Counted from the first letter of the whole stretch, positions 38,389 through 52,569 are shown. The stretch is DNA of 63,675 nucleotides, filler included, from Octopus bimaculoides (GCF_001194135.2; 6 parts of 5 records of this genome joined end to end with filler, not necessarily neighbours in it), one strand, 5' to 3'. The notes: a model not told the origin generated them from the sequence alone. Made by a program: numbers and translations.

Positions 38389-39609
38389 TATGTATGTGTG
38401 TGTGTATGCGTTTGTGTGTGCGTTTGTGTGTGCGCGCGTGTGTGTGTGTATACCTCGTCTGTGTGTGTGTATTTGTGTGTGCGCGCGTGCTTGTAGACAA
38501 CCACCATATATACACACATGTATATTTACATTTCTATGTATGCGCTTTATATGTTGTGAGCATGCAGAACAATGAAGCCAGTGTTAAGAGTGTTAGTGAG
38601 TCAGCTGTCGAGACCTTGACTCCTAGAAGATGACTATACCCCCACCACTACATAGAAGCCAGTCTCCACATACAGCTTTAGGTAACTATAGCTGCAACGC
38701 TACTCACCGTTGCCAGCACTATTACTAAGCAACCAACTTTAACGAAATAAAGAACACCGTAATTTTGTTAAGCATTTCTGTGTGAAAATTATGGAAACAC
38801 CCTCAGACACACCAGTTATGTGTTTGTGGTGTTTGTGCATATGTGTGCGTGCGTGTGTGTATGTGTGTGTGTGCCCGTGTGTGTATGTATACATGTAAAA
38901 TAAGTATAATTATTTATACGTGTGTTTGTGTGAGTGCGAGTGTGTATGACCATGAGCGTCGGTCTGTTCTTTTACTTTGTGTATATGTATGTATGTATAT
39001 ATATATATATATNNNNNNNNNNNNNNNNNNNNNNNNNNNNNNNNNNNNNNNNNNNNNNNNNNNNNNNNNNNNNNNNNNNNNNNNNNNNNNNNNNNNNNNN
39101 NNNNNNNNNNNNNNNNNNNNNNNNNNNNNNNNNNNNNNNNNNNNNNNNNNNNNNNNNNNNNNNNNNNNNNNNNNNNNNNNNNNNNNNNNNNNNNNNNNNN
39201 NNNNNNNNNNNNNNNNNNNNNNNNNNNNNNNNNNNNNNNNNNNNNNNNNNNNNNNNNNNNNNNNNNNNNNNNNNNNNNNNNNNNNNNNNNNNNNNNNNNN
39301 NNNNNNNNNNNNNNNNNNNNNNNNNNNNNNNNNNNNNNNNNNNNNNNNNNNNNNNNNNNNNNNNNNNNNNNNNNNNNNNNNNNNNNNNNNNNNNNNNNNN
39401 NNNNNNNNNNNNNNNNNNNNNNNNNNNNNNNNNNNNNNNNNNNNNNNNNNNNNNNNNNNNNNNNNNNNNNNNNNNNNNNNNNNNNNNNNNNNNNNNNNNN
39501 NNNNNNNNNNNNNNNNNNNNNNNNNNNNNNNNNNNNNNNNNNNNNNNNNNNNNNNNNNNNNNNNNNNNNNNNNNNNNNNNNNNNNNNNNNNNNNNNNNNN
39601 NNNNNNNNN

Positions 39610-39640
<31 letters not shown>

Positions 39641-39775
39641 AATGATTAATGTAGACAGCAGTGTGCAATGCGTTAGCAAAAATGAAACCATTAATTATCA
39701 TTGAATATGATTAAGGGTGTCAGAACACCTACATTGCAAGAAATACTAGCTAAACTGCTCCAATACTGTAGTCAA

Positions 39776-39818
<43 letters not shown>

Positions 39819-40844
39819 GCATGTATGTATACACACAGTCATATACTCATAAAACTATAGCTACATATACGTTTACAATTGTAAGTGCGTCTTGTGTGGT
39901 GTGTGCTTCTATTTGTGTGTTTGTATGTGTATGTATGCGTGTGTGTTTACATACACACACATACACACACACACACACATATATATATGCATATACACCC
40001 ACACACATTCATTCCTATCAGTTGCTAAATGACGATCTAGAGAAGTACTCTACTAATATAAGGTGGCACTTACAAGCGAGTAAAACGTGGTACCTTGCAC
40101 GATACTTTCCGTAATCGATTTGTTAAGCTATGTGGTGGTGAGCAGACACGAAGTGTTTGAAGCCTTTCACTTTCTACCCAGCAGATAAAATACCTAGAAT
40201 AAAAGAGAGACAGAGGGAGAGGCAGAGAGAGATACGAAGAAGAGACAGAGAGATCTGTTGGAGAGAGAAAGAGTGAGAGAGAAAGAGAAGTTGAGAAAAA
40301 GAGACAGCTGTTAGGGAGAGAGGACTGCAGCAACACGCATGGACAAAATGGAACTTCCAAATGCTGTCAAAAGTGCTTATGAACTCGGAAGAAGGTAAAG
40401 TAGTAGTTAGCTTGATGATAATCAACCATACTGTAAGTCCACTGTGAATGATAGGAATGTAGTCTATAGTTATGTTCAAAGCAGCTTGTTTAGCTGAAGG
40501 TCTCTTTGAATAAAATGCATGACTAGTCAAGCTATTTTTGATTGCTGCTATTTACAATAACCGATGAAATTTATCTTTTAAGTGACGTTTCCAAAAATGC
40601 TTCTATTTAAAAGCACTTTGTTGAATTGTTCTCTCAAGAAGTCTGGAACATCCGTACGCCATGCTGCAGTTGAAACATAAAGCACCACTTTTCTGAAGGA
40701 ACAGGGATTTATCATCCGTGACCAAGAATACTGAATGTACTTTGAGATTCATATCTTTCCAAAACAGCACGACTACTCTACTCGATGTTGGTCAAACGAA
40801 TGCGTATAATTTGTAGTCATCATGATAAAGAATGAGTGTCGCTT

Positions 40845-41140
40845 ATACCCAGGCACTCCGTCGGTTATGACGACTAGGGGACTAGTTAATTAGCGTGCAA
40901 GTGCCACAGTACTCTACAGATAAGTGTACTCTTAACGTAACTCTCAGGAAGATTCAGCTTGACAGAGAAAGTAACAAGGCTGGACCTTTGAAATACATGT
41001 ACAACTCATTTTTGCCAGCTGAGGGAACTGGAACAACGTGAAATAAGTGTCTTTGCTAGAGACACAGCACGCCGCCAGGTATCGAACTCACGATCTTACA
41101 ATCTTGTGACGAATACGCTAACCACTAAGCCAAGTTCCTT
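40845..41140 (-). mobile_element. SINE family F
   Basis: Reverse-complement head cttggcttagtggttagcgtattcgtc...gtgagttcgatacc; body shared with 6835 and 48055. Confidence 0.7.
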
Positions 41141-41743
41141 CACCGCGTATATACAGGAAATCCTAGTCTGACTGAAAACTCTGACATCTAAATCTAATGA
41201 CCTGATGTCGTTAGGCAACCGGCCGTACTTCCAATCCTACCTGAATCTATGTACATCTATGCAACTGACCTTCAGACTGTAGAGAAGAAATGGAATAATT
41301 CGTTTACCTTATATTCATATCAAGCGACCCGGTTTCGTTATATTCCCTGAGGATTTCTTCTATTGTAACAAAACATAGGCAACACTCACTCATAAATCCA
41401 CGTATATATATATANNNNNNNNNNNNNNNNNNNNNNNNNNNNNNNNNNNNNNNNNNNNNNNNNNNNNNNNNNNNNNNNNNNNNNNNNNNNNNNNNNNNNN
41501 NNNNNNNNNNNNNNNNNNNNNNNNNNNNNNNNNNNNNNNNNNNNNNNNNNNNNNNNNNNNNNNNNNNNNNNNNNNNNNNNNNNNNNNNNNNNNNNNNNNN
41601 NNNNNNNNNNNNNNNNNNNNNNNNNNNNNNNNNNNNNNNNNNNNNNNNNNNNNNNNNNNNNNNNNNNNNNNNNNNNNNNNNNNNNNNNNNNNNNNNNNNN
41701 NNNNNNNNNNNNNNNNNNNNNNNNNNNNNNNNNNNNNNNNNNN

Positions 41744-41900
41744 AATCTTATGATATTTACTTTGTTTTATATTATACTCATTTATTGTGCTTTTAATTAT
41801 TAATTTTTCTATATGTGATAGTGGATTTTCATCGATGAGTTCTTGAAACTTGTTTATTTTCCCTAAAACTATATATTTTATATATATATATATATATATA
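41744..41900 (-). repeat. AT-rich interspersed repeat also present at about 8720-8773 (+); unclassified, possibly Penelope-related
   Basis: tatataaaatatatagttttagggaaaataa[c/a]caagtttcaagaactcatcgatg occurs at both loci with 1 mismatch. Confidence 0.7.
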
Positions 41901-42509
41901 TTCTTTTGCCTTTTCACTAGTTTCTCCTCGAGAGCTGCGGGCATGCTAGGTCACGGCTATTAACTTTGCTACACTTCACTACTTGAAACTGCCTGTAGTA
42001 TATGGCATTTGATGAACGAGGGAGCTTGATGTTGCTACCCTCATCTTCCGGACCTCTTGATACGAGAGGAAATTTTGGAGACACTTACATCCACCCTATA
42101 CAGGTCTCTCATGCTCTTTGGGAGAATATTGAAAAACTGTGGGCCCGCGAAACCCAAACTGTTGCAGTATCCTATAATGTATATTGATGGTAATGCTGGG
42201 ATCTCTGGCACTATAAAGTGTGCCCAGTTTTGATGTATGTCTAGTTTTTAATGCCAAAATTTTGTACAAGTCTTTCCAAGATTTTCCAGATGTATATCAT
42301 TGCATATCTTTCTTCCGCCATATGTGTAAATACATACATATATACATACATATACATAAATATANNNNNNNNNNATGTATATCATTGCATATCTTTCTTC
42401 CGCCATATGTGTAAATACATACATATATACATACATATACATAAATATATATACATACACATATGTATATATGCATGCATGTATGTATGTATTCAATGTG
42501 TGCGTGTGT

Positions 42510-42546
<37 letters not shown>

Positions 42547-42726
42547 GATAGAGAGTGAGAGAGAGAGAGATAGAGAGAGAGAGAGAAAGAGAAGAAGAGA
42601 CAGAACTGGGAAGACCATAGGTCAAATATGGGCTCAATTGTGTTTATTTTATTAGTAAGAAAAAGACCCTTGCTGCCACCTCTACAGCTGTTGTTGTTAC
42701 TACCACTAATACTTTTACTACTACTA

Positions 42727-42776
<50 letters not shown>

Positions 42777-43393
42777 TCTACTACTACTACTACTACTACT
42801 ACTACTTGCGTATGTACGGATTTGTGCGTGTAAATGTCTATGTAGTTTATGTGTATATGTGTTTAAAGGGGTGTATATACTAATATGTCAACGTCGAAAC
42901 AATAACTTCTCTTTCTGAGTTTTACATGTGAATTCATAAATTATTTGGTGTAGAAATTTAGAATGCTCCAAAACACAAGAACTAAAGTTTAAAACTGGCT
43001 GTGAGCTGAAAGGCGCAGCTTTTCCTGTGTGAATCAATGTCTTAACATAAAAAAAGAGAACTAAGAAAAAATAAATAAAACACACATCCAGAAATATATT
43101 TTTATATAACTACCTAGTGTATCTAATAACTGCCTTGTGAAGTTTTAGTGGTTGTGATAGAGACAGTGATAGAGGTAGGGCTACTCTGCGTGTTTATGTT
43201 TCCTGCATCTTTTTCTGAGATATAATATCAAATACATGCATAAATACATGGCGTCTCACAAATATATATATACTCAATGAATATGTTTGCATGTTTGTGT
43301 ATAATACGTGTGTATTTGTGTGTTCGTGTGTGCATTTCTTGGAATAAGTGCACAGTCATGTATATTTTACATACACATTTATGAATACATATA

Positions 43394-44554
43394 GACAGAC
43401 ATGACAGAAGTAAACAGACACTCTTATAATCGTTAAAATTTATTTAAATCTGACATCATACATTCAAATTAGTTACTAATTGTTATAATGTGAATATCTA
43501 ATATTTAGTAGACATTCCCTTTGCGTTTTTCAATGCAAGGGCCCTATTAGGCATCTTACTGATCAGTTGACGAATATTCTCTCGCGGAATTTCTTGCTAC
43601 GTTTCATGCAGTAATCTCAAAAGATCCGGCTTTAAAGATGCTTTCTTGTCCATTATCGCCCAGAGGTTTTCAATAGTGTTCATATCTGATGACTGACTTG
43701 GCCATGGAAGCTTTTTAATGCTATCTTCATCCAACTAATCTTGTGACAAGGAGCACCATCTTTCATAAATAAAGAGTATTCTTTAATCATTTCACCACTG
43801 GAGAAGATTGGAAGAAGTCTTTTCTGCAATATGGACACATATTTATCTGAGACTATGTTAATTGCTCCCCAGACCATCACAGAATAGCTGCCGTGTTTCA
43901 TTGCTGGCTGCAATATTTTCACATCAAACTTTTGGTCACAGAATCTCCAGATCCACACTCGACCACTGTCAATAGATACAGCAAATCTGAACTCATCAGA
44001 GAATATGATAGTGTCCCACAATGCTAGTGGCCTCTCCACCATCTCACTGGCCCAATCTTTTCTCCGCTTCATATTGGCTGGTCGAAGTGGCTTCGTTCTT
44101 ACTGTTCTGCCATAGTAACCAAGTTTGTAGAGAAACCTGACAGCTGTTCTGGGACTGACATCAACCTGTTCTGTTATGTCAGAGGCCTTGCAACGGGGAT
44201 TATCTTCCACACTTCTCCTAATAAAGAGAAGGGTCCTGCCAGAGGGCCCTGGTTACTCCGTGGACTTCTTTCTCTGGTGAATTACACAATCACTCTATTA
44301 ACTGTACAAAGTTGGATCCCAACGTTTTCTGCGATTTTACGCTGAATATGTCCACCTTCAGAATGACTCACAACACGGCCTCTTTAAAATTTAGACAGTT
44401 CCAAGACATTCTTTGTACATGGCATGGTTAAACAGTCACATATAGAACCTGAAACATAAAAATGTCAGTTAATAAAAACTATAAACCTTTACAAGTTAGG
44501 ATAAACTTAAAACGATGTTTTACAAGGTGTCTATTTACTTCTGTCATGTCCGTG
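43394..44554 (-). mobile_element. Tc1-like transposon with both 28-bp TIRs and TA target duplication; degenerate transposase
   Basis: Left TIR gacagacatgacagaagtaaacagacac (43394-43421) and right TIR gtgtctatttacttctgtcatgtccgtg (44527-44554), both flanked by TA. ORF motifs WDTIIFSDE, KHGSYSVMVWG and FMKDGAPCH, then WPSQSSDMNTIE in a shifted frame. Confidence 0.92.
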
Positions 44555-44575
44555 TATACACACACACACACACAC

Positions 44576-44612
<37 letters not shown>

Positions 44613-46229
44613 TACATACATACATACATACACACATCCATACATACATACCTATATGCGTGTACACACACACACACACACATATATNNNNNNNNNNNNN
44701 NNNNNNNNNNNNNNNNNNNNNNNNNNNNNNNNNNNNNNNNNNNNNNNNNNNNNNNNNNNNNNNNNNNNNNNNNNNNNNNNNNNNNNNNNNNNNNNNNNNN
44801 NNNNNNNNNNNNNNNNNNNNNNNNNNNNNNNNNNNNNNNNNNNNNNNNNNNNNNNNNNNNNNNNNNTTATATTAATAATAATAAAGGAGTTACGACGCAA
44901 AGACGTATAAATTCAAAAGAACATATTTATCTTCTTCAATATATATTTCAGTATAAAGAATTCATTAAGATGCTTAAATCAAAATTTCTTTACACATCAT
45001 TCAGGAATAAAAATATAACATCAGAAAAAATGCACTCCGTTTAAAAACACAAACCGTTCATGTGTGAGGGTGCCGACAACCCGACCATGCAACAGGTTGT
45101 ACTGGGTTCCATGTTACTAGTAGCACTCATGAGAGCCTCACAAGTGACCTGACATGCATACATACATACATACATACATACATACATACATACATACATA
45201 GACATATATATATGTATGTGTGTGTGTGTGTGTGTGTGTACAGAAGGTGCATAGTTCTGTATGCATTATCTACAAGGATAGATATAGTTAATTTGCTAAT
45301 TCCTAATTTAGGAGGACGTAAACAAACCAACAAACGGTGGAAGGGGACAAACACATGCACACATACATATGTGTGTATATATACGACGGGCTTCTTTTAA
45401 TTTCCTACCAAGTTCACTCACACGGCTTTAGTTGGTCGAAGGCTATAGAAGAAGACACTTGCCGGAAACTTGTGGTTGAGATGCAAGCTTCTTACCACTC
45501 AGCCACGTTTGCACCTAATTCTTTTATTCTTTTATTCTTTTATTCTTTCATAAGTTCCAGTTCTGAGTCTGTGGCCGTTTTTATTTTCTTTTATTCTCAT
45601 TGCAACTTCGAACAAGTAAGAAAGTGCAATTCATTTTCATATATGAAGAAAAAAAAAAACCAGAAAAATAACTACTGACGACTTGGGACGCTCAAATTAC
45701 AACACTCCTTCATAGCTTCACTTTGTAAAATCAATCTGCGAGCGATAATACCCCAGCAGCAGCAGCAGCAGCAACAACAACAACAACCATAATAACAAAA
45801 CAGACATTTTCAGAAACAAGGAAATTAAATTAAGAGACATGAATAAACAGATTATTCCAAATGTGTCGACCATGTTTTCTTATCACACACGAAAAATTTT
45901 ATTTATGTTTGTTTTTTTTTTTGTTTTTTTTTATAATGATAACAATTCAAATGACCCTTACTTCGAAGCATATGTTCAATTATTAAGTTCTCTCTTAGTT
46001 TCTCACCGAAGCTACTGTCTAATTTCAATTGTGTCTTTGCTTTCATTTGTTTTTCCTTTCTTTTTTTTTTTTTTTTGCTTTTGTTTCTAACAAGGATGGA
46101 AAGTTCTGGTATAAACGAGAAATAATTGCAGTTATTTTAAGTCCTGGTTTCGTTCAGTTTTTCATTTCCCGTTTTAGTCATATTTGTGTTAAAGTGATGA
46201 TACTCCAATCATTATATATTTATCAGATA

Positions 46230-46870
46230 TGGCGGCGAGATGGCAGAATCGTTAGTTCGTCAGGCGAAATGCTTCGCAGTATTTCATCTGCCGCTACGTT
46301 TTGAGTTCAAATTCCGCTGAAGTCGACTTTTCCTTTCATCCTTTCGCAGTCGATAAATTAAGTAACAGTTGCGTACTGGAGTCGATCTAATCGACTGGTC
46401 CCGTCCCCCAAAAATTTCAGGCCTTGTGCCTAGAGTAGAAAAGAATATTACTAGGAGGGGAAGGCAGCGAGCTGGCAGAAACGTTAGCACGCCGGACGAA
46501 ATGCTTAGCAGTATTTCGTCTGGCGCTACGTTCTGAGTTCAAATTCTGCCGAAGCCGACTTTGCATTTCATCTTTTCGGGGTCGATTAAATAAGTACTAG
46601 TCACGCATTGGGGTCAATGTAATTGACTTAATCCCTTCCCTTAAATTTGAGGCCTTGTGTTTCCAGTAGAAGGAATTATATATTTATCAGATAGGGCTGA
46701 AGGTGAACAGGCAAAATTGCTCTACCGTGTTCGTCACGATTCTTTATTTTCTGAGTTCAAATTCCACTGGTGTCAACTTTCCCGTTCGAACTTGACAGAA
46801 TAAAGTTACCAATTAAGGTTGAAGGTGACGGCTTACCCAACTCCCTTCAAAATTGTATAATTCTGGACAT
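46230..46870 (+). mobile_element. Three head-to-tail SINE family B copies
   Basis: Heads at about 46230, 46463 and 46695, each with a gagttcaaattc B-box and a ccttgtg-type tail (third copy most degenerate). Confidence 0.85.
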
Positions 46871-47771
46871 CGGGAAAGAAAAACGGTCACAGTCTCTTCT
46901 TTCACTTGTTTCAATCATTTGACAGCGACCATGCTGGAACACTACTTTTAAAGGATTTTTTACCCGAACAAATAAACCCCTACCTACTTTTTAAGTCTGA
47001 TACTAATCATATCTTCTCCTTTTGCCGAGCTGTTATGTTACGGGAGCGTAAACAAACCAATACCAGTTGTCAAGCGGTGGTGGGAGATAAACAGACACAA
47101 ACATATATACAAACAAACACGCACACACATATATATATCTATATATATGACAGGCTTCCACATAGTTTCCATCCACCAAATTCATTCTGAAGACACTGGT
47201 CGGCTCGAAGACACTTGCTCACTGAACCTGAAACGAATTGGCTGCAAAGCGAGCTTCAGTGGCCCTGCATTTCAGAACAACAAGCTTATCAATTCCAAGC
47301 TAATCAATACTGCGACATAGGTTCGATTCTTAATTGGTGTAATAAGTTTTCATTTATTAAGACATACACATATTAAATTATCCTATTTCTTCACTATCAC
47401 CTACTTCTTCATGAAACGGAGCTCAATACATATTTATCACAATTCTGATAACATGCTAGAAATAGCAGTGGTGGTTTGGGCTAAATACTTGGCATAGATT
47501 AGTATTTTTACATTCTTACCTCCTTATCTAGGCCAGATAGGAACCATACCAGTAATATACTGCCATAGTAGCATAAATATTAGTAACATGATAGGGTTGA
47601 TGAAATAACCTACATATTTTTCCCACCTGTTATTTATATAAGTCACTGAAGATAAATGAAGGTCTTTATGTAATGCAATAAAATTATCAGCAATGCACTC
47701 ACCTTAAGCAATTCTTATGACCCAGTCTTCAGTAACGTGACAACGTTAATAACAATCATGACTAATTTTAA

Positions 47772-47985
47772 GGCGGCGAACTGACGGAATCGTTAGCACA
47801 CCGGACAAAATGCTTAGCGGCATTTCGTCCGTGTTTACATTCTAAGTTCAAATTCCGCCGAGGCCCAATTTGCCTTTCATCTTTTCGGGATCGATAAAAT
47901 AAGTATTAGTTGAATACTGGGTTGATGAAATCCACTTAACCCTCCCCGCAAAATTGCTGGCCTTGTGCCTAAATGTGAAAGCAAA
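47772..47985 (+). mobile_element. SINE family B
   Basis: ggcggcgaactgacggaatcgttagcac...aagttcaaattccgccgagg. Confidence 0.85.
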
Positions 47986-48054
47986 TAATTACGGCTAACT
48001 CTCACACCCACAGGCAGTAATGCAGCTTGTTGGTTGCAAAGTAAAGTTACCTCT

Positions 48055-48290
48055 CGTGTCATGCTGACTAACAAGGGCCGGTTTCTCAGTTTTATGGCAT
48101 GTATATTCCCCACCTGGACGGGACGCCTGTCCGTCGCAGAATTATTCATTTTTGCCAGCTGAGTGGACTGGAGCAACGTTAAATGAAGTGTTTTGCTCAA
48201 GAAGACAACGCGTCGCCCGGTCTAGAAATCGAAACCACAATCTTACGATCATGAGTCCAACTCCCTAACCACTAAGCCACGCACCTCCAC
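48055..48290 (-). mobile_element. SINE family F
   Basis: Reverse-complement head gtggcttagtggttagggagttggactcatgatcgtaagattgtggtttcgatttc. Confidence 0.8.
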
Positions 48291-48689
48291 AGCTTGAGGG
48301 TGAGTGAGTAACGCTCCCAATGACACTTTTATAGATGCGATTCTTTTGGGTCAGCTGTATAAACATATATAGGCTTAGGGGCCGGGTGTTCTGCGGTAAA
48401 CTCAAGGGTTGCCCAGAGCAGCACACGGCACACTTTTGAGTTACGCCATTGCTCATCGGAAAAAGATATATTCAGTTGACTCGACTTCAGAATGTAACAT
48501 TAGATTATTACAACACTTGTAGTGAAATAGCTAATAAATTCTTCTATAACTGCACTAGCCTATCTTATATAAAGAACTTATGGATGATGCAGTTCTGGAA
48601 ATATTGTTTGAGGTTAAGATAGGATAATCATGGTTAGAATATTATCATCATAATGGTGCATGATTAAATCTAACTTGGGGTTAAACAAC

Positions 48690-49070
48690 AACAAATGATG
48701 TTTGGTTTGTCAAGCCAGGAAGATGAATCAGCTTGTTTGCACTGTCTTTCCCCAGAACGAGTTCTGTTACACGTAGTAGCCTTGGTTTTATGAGAGACGC
48801 TCCGATGTTATGGCTCTTCTTGCTCTTTGCAATCAATATGACGATCTCATAGGAAGCCTCAACAACCATTGAATTTTGTTGTAGAAATGCCCTACTACTA
48901 TGTCTTTTTGTTTCAAAGAATACCTTGGGCTTGTCTGCAAGAGCAGAATGTGTTGTCCTCAAGTATCGTTCCAACCGTGAGGATCGCATTCCGTCATTGC
49001 TCAAAGTTTGGTAACATATCGAATATATTCATCAAGATACTTCCGTTTCTTTGCACCCATTGCGAATTAT
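48690..49070 (-). mobile_element. hAT (Buster/Charlie, ZBED5-like) transposase N-terminal remnant
   Basis: RKYLDEYIRY, then SNDGMRSSRLERYLRTTH..LADKP..FF...EASYEI...IAKSKKSHNIG..LIKP; frameshifted. Confidence 0.8.
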
Positions 49071-51555
49071 TTGATGTGCAGTGGACAACACAAATATGTG
49101 AACAATAGATAAGGCACGTGTAAGGTAATGTCAAGGACCAAATTAGAGCGTTAGCCCAAGTTAGAACGCTTGAAGTAAAATAATTTGGAATAAAACTTGA
49201 ATTAAAAGGAAAGTTATACGAAAAATTTGTACAGTAAAACACTGTATTTATTTGTACGAAAGTATTAAAAAAATCTTTCTTTAAAAAGAAAAGATTTGGC
49301 ATAGCTTTTAGCTTTACCTAATACTTTCTGCAATATTTAAATCTGAATTTTAGTTTAACATTTGGCTAAAGCCTTGTATTATAATGTTTTTTTCTTACAA
49401 AAAATTTACTATATTTTTAACGTTAACATTTAGTATTAACAATTTTGGTTTTATTGTTAAAATTTTTTATTCTTCCAATCTGTGTTTTAACTTTTTTGAG
49501 ACTTTATTAAATTGAACGATAATAGAACCTATTACATACATTTTGTTTTATTTCCTATTTTTAAATATATCATACTTTTCATCCTGCTAAAATTTTTAAA
49601 TAGTTTTCAATTTTTTAAATTAAGTTAATATTCTTTAGTATGTTACTATATAATGATTTGATAATGTTTCAGCATATCTCTTGATTTTTAAGAATCACAT
49701 TATTTCATATATATGAAAACTGTGGATCAAACTAGTTTATAATTTTATTAACTGAAAAAGATGTTTGTCTTTACACGATAATAATACCTAAGCTTTATAC
49801 CAGTGGTTCTTAACCTGAATCTTGTTGTAGCAAAAAAAAAAAAATTACAAAATAAAGGCAAATGTTAAAGCTACAATTCAGAATTAGTGAAGGTTTTGAG
49901 GGATATGAAGGGGTGTCGATAAGTACAGAAAATGGTAAGCAGCACTAGGTTAATAGAAGAAAACTAGAATCTTTCTGATTTGGCGGGCGCCATTTTTTAT
50001 TTATGTTTTATTTAGTGTGTTTTCTACCGAAACACTTTAAAACTTCGTATACTTGTATATTTTGTCTCATAGAACAGAGAAAAAAATTTATATTCGAAGT
50101 TATTTCAAGTTAAAAGTTGTCGTATTTCGGTAATTTCAACCAATCACTGACGTCTATTGAGGTGAAAGCAATTACTGCTGTGGAATGTAAACAACACGTT
50201 CTAGTGGTGTAATGGGATCTTTTCCCTTGAATAAAATTAGTGCTGTTGTTTGTCAAGAACAACTATCGGCAGTACTGTTATTTATGACATCGTGCGTTTG
50301 TACTGGTTTTAGCTTTAGGGTTTTAGGGTTATAGATTTCTGTTATAGCGAGTTTCAACTAATAAAAGTAGTAATATGAGGTTGGCACGCGCAATGCTTTT
50401 GGAAGCTAGGTTTGGCACTCCATTATCAAAAGACTGCCGACGCCTGACTTATACTATGGGTATAGACTGAAACAAGATGAGCTCGGCCATATTAACTTGC
50501 CTCCAAATAACACGTGTATCACCCGAATAGACTTGACTGTCAACATTTGTTATTCATCGCTGATTACAATTCGCTTCCAAATCGTTCTAGATTTCAACTG
50601 CCTTTTCCATCTTGGCCTAAATCGTTTAATGAAATCGCTATCCATCGTCGTGAAGGTTTACATAGAGGCCTTTCGTGATCGGTTGGATGCCATTCAGCAA
50701 CTGCATGTGTCCACCTGTTGTGCGATCACATCACTCGCTCCGCTGTATTCTCGGTTTATTACATTTCTGATATGCTTTCGCACTACCTAAAATTGAAATA
50801 GCCATTGTTCACACAACAACTCATTGGACTATGAGAGAAAATAGCAACAAAATAAAACAGAAACGAAAGATTTGTTCAAAATAATAAAAAAAAAAGGCTT
50901 TTATTGTCTTCAGTTTGCTTGAAGACATGCCAACACATGACGTGTTTCATAACGTATATTTCATTCTCAGCCCTACGTATATCAAACCTATGTTCTTATC
51001 TCCAGACTTTGATAACAACATGTCTCAGCAAGGTGTACTTTTCATGCTATTTGAAAGCTATCAATTGCAATACTATTACAGATGTAGCCTCCTTTCGGTC
51101 AAGTACGCAGAGCTCGATAAGAGAATTCACTTCACAATTGATGGGAAAGGTTGATGTAGGTGCTTCAGCAATTTTAGAAAAGTTGGGTGAAGTGTTCAAA
51201 CTCAAGTGCAATTATCTAAACATCTTAATAGAGATAAGGAGCAACAAATGATTGTTTTCCTTCTTCTTGTTTATCTATTGGTATTTATTTTGTCATTTTT
51301 ATTTTACGTTGTTTTGTTTGTTTCCCCCCCCCCCATACCTCTTTTCCCCTTTTCTGGTTTGAAATACTAAACAACAAAACCTGTGGAGACGCTATAGGAA
51401 AGTACAGGGAAATATTTTCTCAGCCTGTATCAGTGATGCTGTTGCTATTATTGTTGAATCGTTGTTGTCGTTGTTGTTGCTGCTGCGGCTGCTGCTGCTG
51501 CTCTCGTTTCCTGATGGTTAGTGAGTTTACATCCTTTCAATATTAGGGGATAATA

Positions 51556-52120
51556 AGGCGATGAGCTAGCAGAATCATTAGCACACCACACAAAATGCTT
51601 ACTGGCATTTCGTCAATCTTTAGGTTCTTAGGGGCTAAACATAGAGGGGACAAACAAGAACAGACAAAGGGATTAAGTCGATTACATCGACCGCAGTGCG
51701 TGATTGGTACTTAATTTATCGACCCCAAAAGGATGAAAGGCAAAGTCGACCTTGGCGGAATTAGAACTCAGAACGTAACGGCAGACGAAATGCTACTAAG
51801 CATTTCGCCCGGCGTGCTAACGTTTCTGCCATCTCGCCGCCTTTTTGCGTGGAGCTTAGGTGTTCCGTTCATAAACACACACATCGCCCGATCTGCGATT
51901 CGAACTCGCGATCCCTTGACCGCGAGTCCGCTGCTCTAACTACTAGGCCATGTCAGTCTTTAGGTTCTGCGATCAAATACCGCTAAGGTCGATTTTCGCC
52001 TTTTATACTTTTAAGGTCGATAAAATAAGTACCAGTTGAGTACTAGGGTCGATGAAATCGACTTATCCACCTTCGTTCAAAATTGCTGGCCTTGTATCAA
52101 AATTTGAAATCAGTATTAGA
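51556..52120 (+). mobile_element. SINE B host interrupted by a composite SINE insertion (51629-51951, minus strand) with 17-bp TSD
   Basis: TSD gtcaatctttaggttct (51612-51628) and gtcagtctttaggttct (51952-51968); the host SINE resumes after 51968. Confidence 0.85.
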
Positions 52121-52307
52121 TAAAACTTTCTAAATGGGCACTAATCTATAGACTTTTAATCGTACTTGCCTCTTGTAATTAGCATGTTAATGATGATAAT
52201 GGCGACGACCATGACGACCACAACGACCACGTCCACGATTATGACGTCAGCGATGATTGTGAAGACGAGACAACGACGACAACGATGACGACGTCGGTAA
52301 TTATGAA

Positions 52308-52340
<33 letters not shown>

Positions 52341-52569
52341 AATGATGATGATGATGATGATGATGATGAGGACAGTGATTCTTTTGTTCTTGCGGCCATG
52401 CTGGAGCACCAGCTTAAAGGGTTTTTTAGTCGAAGAAATCTACCCAGGACTTATTCTTTGTAAGCCTAGNNNNNNNNNNNNNNNNNNNNNNNNNNNNNNN
52501 NNNNNNNNNNNNNTTAATTAATTAANNNNNNNNNNNNNNNNNNNNNNNNNNNNNNNNNNNNNNNNNNNN

